The notes beneath the pieces were generated by a model. That model had not been told where the DNA came from, did not search any database, and saw only the letters and a list, made by a program, of their open reading frames with translations. A DNA stretch of 64,000 bases from Schizochytrium sp. TIO01 (Eukaryota; Protista; Bigyra: Labyrinthulomycetes): positions 5,488,483-5,552,482 of the forward strand of contig SMSO01000032.1 in the NCBI GenBank assembly GCA_004764695.1, given 5' to 3'. Below, piece by piece: positions 58,052 to 64,000 of this stretch. Both the position numbers and the translations under genes were made by a program. The first letter of the stretch is position 1; each line of letters begins with the position of its first letter.

Positions 58052-59097
58052 ACTGTTTAGGAATCGATTCGAAAGCCAACCGTGTAGGAGAGCATCTCAA
58101 TCGCGTTGAAATGACATTACGATACATCTCGAGTTGCCGGGGAAACATACATGTGTAAATATACCGCTTTTATATACAAAGTGTAAACTTGTGACCACTA
58201 TTTTCATTCATTCTTCTTTCTTTTAGTAGTACCCAAAGATAAATGGATGCAACGTCTACTGTGTTTAATTTGGAATAGTCATGCTGTTTGATCTATCTCA
58301 TGTTTCTTGATGCAATTATTTTCAATTTTCTACTATCCAACCAACATTGTCCAGTAGTCACTGGTTACGAACCAAGGTAACAAACGCATAGCAAAGCTTG
58401 TGGGTGGGGATATGTAAGTTCCCACAACTTTGAACGGTGTTTCCATATTAGATTTGATACATCGGCTTGGATGATAAGATGCGAAAACATCTGTTGAAAG
58501 CGTTACCTGGCGATGAAAGAAAGGAACCAAATTAGTTCAACAAGATGATCCTTTTTCTGTACCTCATTTTCCAAATCCTACAAGGGAAACGAAAAAGAAG
58601 ACAGCATAATTTTTTCAGAGTGATAATGCGCCGCCATTCAATGAGTTAGGGCTTCATATGTATATGTTCAATGCAGAAATCATGAAAACCACTGGGGCAA
58701 CTGGCGTTCAGAAAGAAAAAGGTAACGAACCTGGTTGATGTGCTTAATAGAATAATATAATTACATGAGAATGAAAGAGATCCAGTAGTTGACATACCTT
58801 TTGAATAGAGTAGTAAATTTTTGTGACATCGCGTACACTTATAGCAGAAATGGATTCACTCTTTCAGATACTCCTGTTTATGCATAACTGCCAGCATAAC
58901 TATATGTTTACCCAATCAGTTTAATACAGCTTCGAAGCGTGTGTGTGCATATTAAACCGCCTCATTTCGGATAACTAAGTAATTATTATAGAATGGTCCT
59001 CAAAGTTGTACTAGAGAATAAGCAAATATCGTACGCACTTCTACAGAGAAAACAGAAATGGCTACATATATTCAAAAGTCTCCTGGCATCACGAAAG

Positions 59098-61509
59098 TCA
59101 TGCTAAATCAGAGTCGTCATCATTTAGATCGATTTCAGTAAGTTCATCCTCCCCTGGAAAATCCTCACCAGAGGAATGCATAGGTTTCCGCCGGCTCTCT
59201 TCACCAGTGTGACGACGCATAGGAGCAAGTCTACTGACAACCTTAGGCGATGCTTTAAGCTCCGCTATAGTTCGATCACGATCAGAGCTGGCCGATGTGT
59301 CAACAGGAACTAGTGTGATTATTCCATTTTGGTGCAGAATATCTGGAGAGCTCGAGTTTTCATTCGCTGAGTTTGAGGCTTGGTTCGAATTAAAGGCGAG
59401 ATGTGGAGGTGGTGGCAAGCGAGATGTAGCCGGGGAACTGGGAGTTAACGCAAAGTCATCTGATGTATTCGATGGTAATCTTGGTTTTCCAGTTCCAAGA
59501 GCCCGCATGGGGGCTCTAAGCAGTGCTTGTCCACGCTGCGTACCAAAGACTAGCTCCAATATCCCATAGGGTGTTGCGGCAGTCGTTCCAGAGAGTACAA
59601 GAAGGCAAGCTTCAGCGTCACTATTCATGAGGTGTTCTTTGACGCAGCAAACACATGCTACTGCGATATCGATAATTGCATCCCAGCCCTGAGATAGAAA
59701 TCGAAGCCATACATTTGTAACAGAGGCAAAGTCCTGATCCACGTAAAAGGTAAAGACTGTGAGAATCCATTTCGCAGCGTATACTACTGCACTGAGACCG
59801 CACGATTGCAGGTGAGAATAGAGAACTGGTTCAACATTAGCGATCCGTTGATCAATATCTTCAAGGATTTCACGATAGAATTCCGTGTTCTGATCGAAAA
59901 GTGCACAAAGACGATATTGGCGATCCTCGAGAAGTTGTGCGAAAAGAACAAAAGCTCGCTCAGTTTCAAGCATAATGCTTGATGTGATATTCTCGGAAGA
60001 GGACGCCCGGGGTCGAGCCACAGCAGGCGCAGATGCTGGTTCTGGATTTGTGCGTCCTGATGAACTTGCAAGAGGAGCTTCACTGAATAATAAGAGATAC
60101 TTTGCCACACAATGCATGCCTTGGCAGTAGCCAATCGAAGGGAACGCCAAAGCTACATAACGCAGAATACTATGCAGCTGTTCACGAGCGACGTGCGGTT
60201 CGCGATCTACAAACCGATGAAAGTGAGTTCTGCGAAGGTCACTGTTAATGGCATCGTCCCACTTGGATGGGGCCATTTCCTTTCCGCAAAGGCTCCAAAA
60301 GATCATCCTGTGGTCTCTATGTACACGAAAGTTGGGATTGCTAGCATCTGTTGCAGTGCCACGGCGGCCCGGCATGACAGGAGAAGGGGTGAAAAGGGGC
60401 GGGAGTGGGGGCGGGTAAACGGCTTTAGACTCAGCTGCATGAGATTGTTTCAGAGAGTCCCAGCTTTGCGAGAACGCTGGGTAAATGTGTCTCCGGTTTT
60501 GTTCGAGCGTGGAGATTTGCGCAGCGGCCCGACGCGGAGAGATGAGGGGGTATTTTGCATATTCAATGAGTTCATCTTCCAGTGCAGCACTAATATCACG
60601 AGGAAGAGGTGGTGTTGAAGGTGCCGAGGTTGTCGGTCCAGAGTCTGTAGTAGATGGTGGTGGAGTAAAAGTGCGTGGCGTCGGGGTGTTTGTTGGACTT
60701 GGCGTAGACATTCTCTTGGATTGCTCACGGGTTTGTAGCTGTGACTTTAGCATATGGCGTGCAAGGGGGAGTCTAATGATGCCAAACTTGAGCAGCAAAT
60801 GACCAGGTCCTTGGTACGGGTACACGGACCCATCTTCCGTGAGAATGTGAGCGTTGAACAGGCTATAAACCGCCACTGGTGACATGCTATCTAAATCGTA
60901 CTGTAACCGTTGAAAGATCCATGTTCCATGCACGCACTCTTCTCCTGATGTAAGGAAGGTCGCAGGTCGCTGCGTGCCTCCACCGGTCGGGTGTGAATAA
61001 TGCTCGCTCATGGCCTCCACAAGGTTGCAAACGGTTCCTTGAAAGATAGCACCGTTGATAAATCGCAGGTGCCCATAACCACAAGCAGGATTAGTTACCT
61101 GTTCTCCGAACGCATCGTTGATGCTGCTACTGTGACCAGATTGGTGAGTATTTTCCGTAGCATGAGAGTGGGGGCTTGCGGTACTGAGGCGGCCGCTAGA
61201 ATTCTGTCGTAGGTATAGTTTGCTGAGGGACCTCTGTAGACTTGGGTCAAGCACGAGTGATTCTTGTTGCTGTTGCTGATCTCGAAGGTGCTGGCCTGTT
61301 TGTGAAGTGCTTGGAGATTTCGTCGGCATCGACCTTGGCCTCGGTTTGCGTGAATGTTCGTTTTTCTCATCCTGTAGGGGCCAGCTTACTGCCTCTGCGT
61401 TACTTGTGTCATCCTCGGCTTCAAGTTCGCGCCATTTCTTACTGCCGGGCGGGCTGGCGCTGCGGCTACTGCCTGCATCGCGTCGCGTTGACGACGATGT
61501 TGTGCCCAT
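59098..61509 (-). CDS. TBC-domain Rab GTPase-activating protein
   Basis: INSDLRRT (IxxDxxR, Arg finger), IGYCQGM (Gln finger) and YAAKWILTVF. N-terminal MGTTSS myristoylation-like motif. Confidence 0.92.
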   Translation of the reverse strand: MGTTSSSTRRDAGSSRSASPPGSKKWRELEAEDDTSNAEAVSWPLQDEKNEHSRKPRPRSMPTKSPSTSQTGQHLRDQQQQQESLVLDPSLQRSLSKLYLRQNSSGRLSTASPHSHATENTHQSGHSSSINDAFGEQVTNPACGYGHLRFINGAIFQGTVCNLVEAMSEHYSHPTGGGTQRPATFLTSGEECVHGTWIFQRLQYDLDSMSPVAVYSLFNAHILTEDGSVYPYQGPGHLLLKFGIIRLPLARHMLKSQLQTREQSKRMSTPSPTNTPTPRTFTPPPSTTDSGPTTSAPSTPPLPRDISAALEDELIEYAKYPLISPRRAAAQISTLEQNRRHIYPAFSQSWDSLKQSHAAESKAVYPPPLPPLFTPSPVMPGRRGTATDASNPNFRVHRDHRMIFWSLCGKEMAPSKWDDAINSDLRRTHFHRFVDREPHVAREQLHSILRYVALAFPSIGYCQGMHCVAKYLLLFSEAPLASSSGRTNPEPASAPAVARPRASSSENITSSIMLETERAFVLFAQLLEDRQYRLCALFDQNTEFYREILEDIDQRIANVEPVLYSHLQSCGLSAVVYAAKWILTVFTFYVDQDFASVTNVWLRFLSQGWDAIIDIAVACVCCVKEHLMNSDAEACLLVLSGTTAATPYGILELVFGTQRGQALLRAPMRALGTGKPRLPSNTSDDFALTPSSPATSRLPPPPHLAFNSNQASNSANENSSSPDILHQNGIITLVPVDTSASSDRDRTIAELKASPKVVSRLAPMRRHTGEESRRKPMHSSGEDFPGEDELTEIDLNDDDSDLA

Positions 61510-61914
61510 GCCGCTACTTGACGATTCTGAATCCGCTGCCGCCGGAGGCCGCGCCAGTCTTGATTCGCATCTGATGTCTCGACGGTCTATTCACTCGCTT
61601 TGTACTACCTATATTTTATTCCATGCTAGTGTAATTTACTTTACTCTAAATTTTAAAGAAGAAAGAACGAAAGAAAGTGAACAAAAAACAGGAAAGAGAT
61701 GAAGAACTCGCGAAATAATCAAAGCGAGGAGTTTCTGTGTGCTTAATTAAATGTCCCTGTGTACGTGGCAGAGAACCAAAAATCTTGTTGAGGCATGCAT
61801 GCAGTTGTAGAGGGCTCTTGTTGATGTCGAAAAGCCATTGCTTCGCTGGTATGTATTTCTTTTCCTACAGAATGAGGTCATTGGTGTGAACATCGAAATT
61901 CCAGGTTTGTGTGC

Positions 61915-61915
<1 letters not shown>

Positions 61916-61945
<30 letters not shown>

Positions 61946-61966
61946 CTTCTTCTTCTTCTTCTTCTT
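61916..61966. repeat. (CTT)17 microsatellite
   Basis: Directly visible. Confidence 0.95.
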
Positions 61967-63761
61967 GGTTCTCATCATCAATTTCTTGGTGGAATCAGTT
62001 TGACCTTATCTTCAAGCTTGGCATCGTGTACAAAATCAGTTCATGGGGGCCAAACCTTGCGAACGTGAGTGCATGCATACAACGGACTTGGCTCCGCCTC
62101 ACCTCCTGCATTAGATTAATTTAATTCCATTGTCGATAGTTTACAATGAAGTTCTCGTGTCGTAAGAACTCCAGGGAAAATGACCCAAAGAACTCCAAGC
62201 ACCCTTTCAAGCTAGCTCGACATACTTCTTCGTGCGAGATGCTTTGTGCAAAGTGGAGGGCAGGGCACTCGTGAATCGGAAGTAGAGGTCATGACAGCTT
62301 CAGGTGGGAAGCGGTTTCAGGGTATCTCTGCAGGCTGGTCTGCTTGTACTAGGCCAAGATAAATAAATAGACCTTCACGATCGATGTTGAAGTCGTCCCA
62401 AGCTGTCTGGGTGAGGTGAAACGGAACCGAAGAGCGAGTATTGCAGTTGTATGCAATCAGGGACTAGGGATGTTTGCCTCTTCACGACGCGAGTGAGAAC
62501 TCGCTTTGCCTGAGTCATTTTGTTATATTCAAAGTATGTGTGCTCAGTCGGACAAGCAGACTTTGTGCAACTGAGGGAAACTAAACAACGGGAGAATATG
62601 AAGGAAGAAAATACCATTGGTATAGACATTATTATGATAGGAAGACCACACAGGTTGCATGAATCAAGATGTACCTGACTATAGGCTTGAGATGTCAATT
62701 GTTCATTCATGTGTTACAAAATGTCAAGGGTATCTATAGCCTAGTATGACCAGTCAATGTCGGTGTGCGAACCATCACGGCGACACGTATGCCAATTCTA
62801 CTCAATAAAAGCTACGAAAATCGTCAATGATATCCCTCTGACTGGGATGCGTCTTCGCGGAAGTACCTCAAACAAAGGCAAAGGTTTTCAAAACAACCTT
62901 ACACTTTACAAAGCTAATTTCACTTGTATAAATTCTCAACGATTGTTTCCTTCCCTCATTTTTGCTTTAACGATACTGGTGCTGAAGGATCTTTGAATTA
63001 CATAAAGAGTATAAACAGCCAAATCAAGGAATTCGGGTAAACAAGATAGGTTGGAAAACAGAAAAAAAGAGATATTGAAAGCAAAGACAATCTTCTTTTG
63101 TGCGGCACGAACGGCCGTTTACTATGTTCTACAGGAAGGGATGTTTGCAATGAATTGAGCTCCAAAGTGGGAGGTCATGACGGAGAGATAAAGTAATGGA
63201 CTAGGACGGTTATGTATCACGATTAAGCAATATCTTGCGCGATTGGGTTTGTGAGTGTGTGCAGGATGGCAAGATTAAGCTTGAAGTCGCGAAGGTGATC
63301 ATCTAAACTAGAGATAGGAGGAAAGGCACCAGGGCTGCTCAATGCGGGCGCGCCCATGCGTCCGTCTCCAAGACGAGCGAAGGGACCAACAGACTTGAGT
63401 TGAGTACGTCTAGAAAGTCATTTCAAAAGCTGTATCGAACAGGAGAACTGGTGTGGATGATGAAGAATGGTATATCCTAGATGCAATGAGCACCATGACA
63501 GAAGGGGAAAACAACTGCAGCACCCCGTCGCAAGCGCAGCAGCTGTAAAAAAGGGGGGTATGTGGGAGTGTGTGCAATGGTCGTCAACGCCCTGACTTCA
63601 TGAAGCCAAGGCGGACTGGGTTCGGGCAACAGCATGAATCGGGTTGACACAAGAGCTCAACAGCTCTACTGTGTTGAGTCTTCTTCACGCTGACATGCCC
63701 AGTGGAGAATTGATATCGGTAAGGAGGTTCACCTTCTAGCTAAGCTGAACAGAGGGCATCC

Positions 63762-63956
63762 TTAGAAGGAGGTGCGCTTGGTGAAGGAGTTCTTGCGACA
63801 GAGCAGGAGATACTGACCCTGTTCGGGCTTCTTCTGAGTAAGCGCAGAGGAAGAGAGAGCCTTGCCGATGCCAGCAATCTTGGCGCGGAAGGATGAGGAG
63901 CGCTTGGCCTGCTGGCCAGAGGACTCGCTGGAGGATGATTCTCTTGAGAAAGCCAT
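63762..63956 (-). CDS. Candidate small Ser/basic protein (64 aa) or first exon
   Basis: ATG in AAAATGG context after an (AAAC)n leader, C/G-ending codons, and repeated RxxSF-like motifs. No family recognised. Confidence 0.4.
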   Translation of the reverse strand: MAFSRESSSSESSGQQAKRSSSFRAKIAGIGKALSSSALTQKKPEQGQYLLLCRKNSFTKRTSF

Positions 63957-64000
63957 TTTGCTTCTTTGTTTGTTTGTTTGTTTGTTTGTTATAAAGCTAG

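Overview
This is eukaryotic nuclear DNA: it has GT-AG spliceosomal introns, a cytosolic ribosomal protein gene and a Pol III tRNA with an oligo-T terminator. The intron-poor genes and microsatellite-rich spacers suggest a protist, plausibly a thraustochytrid/labyrinthulomycete stramenopile; that assignment is inference only. Recognisable genes are a Diaphanous-type formin, a bacterial-type TrmL methyltransferase, RPS20, an F-box protein, organellar HisRS, BAP31-like, PPCDC, Sec13, a CEP164-like WW protein, an EEP hydrolase, AGMO, DUF389, an SLC25 carrier, a sirtuin-fold protein, a TBC Rab-GAP and tRNA-Leu(AAG). Many apparently intergenic blocks are decayed genes that the ORF track misses: a RuvC/A22-like Holliday junction resolvase, a kinase, and F-box/LRR, ankyrin and secreted-protein relics. 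The most notable items are: (1) an intact sirtuin-fold ORF that has lost every NAD+-binding and catalytic motif; (2) the resolvase relic; (3) an intronless TrmL with a Shine-Dalgarno-like sequence upstream; (4) a Sec13 with a ~180-aa prion-like tail; (5) a formin without polyproline; (6) a recurrent intergenic ACCTAGC/AGGTAG motif. I found no multi-gene novel system, CRISPR array or intact mobile element. All family assignments come from motif recognition by eye, with no database searches.
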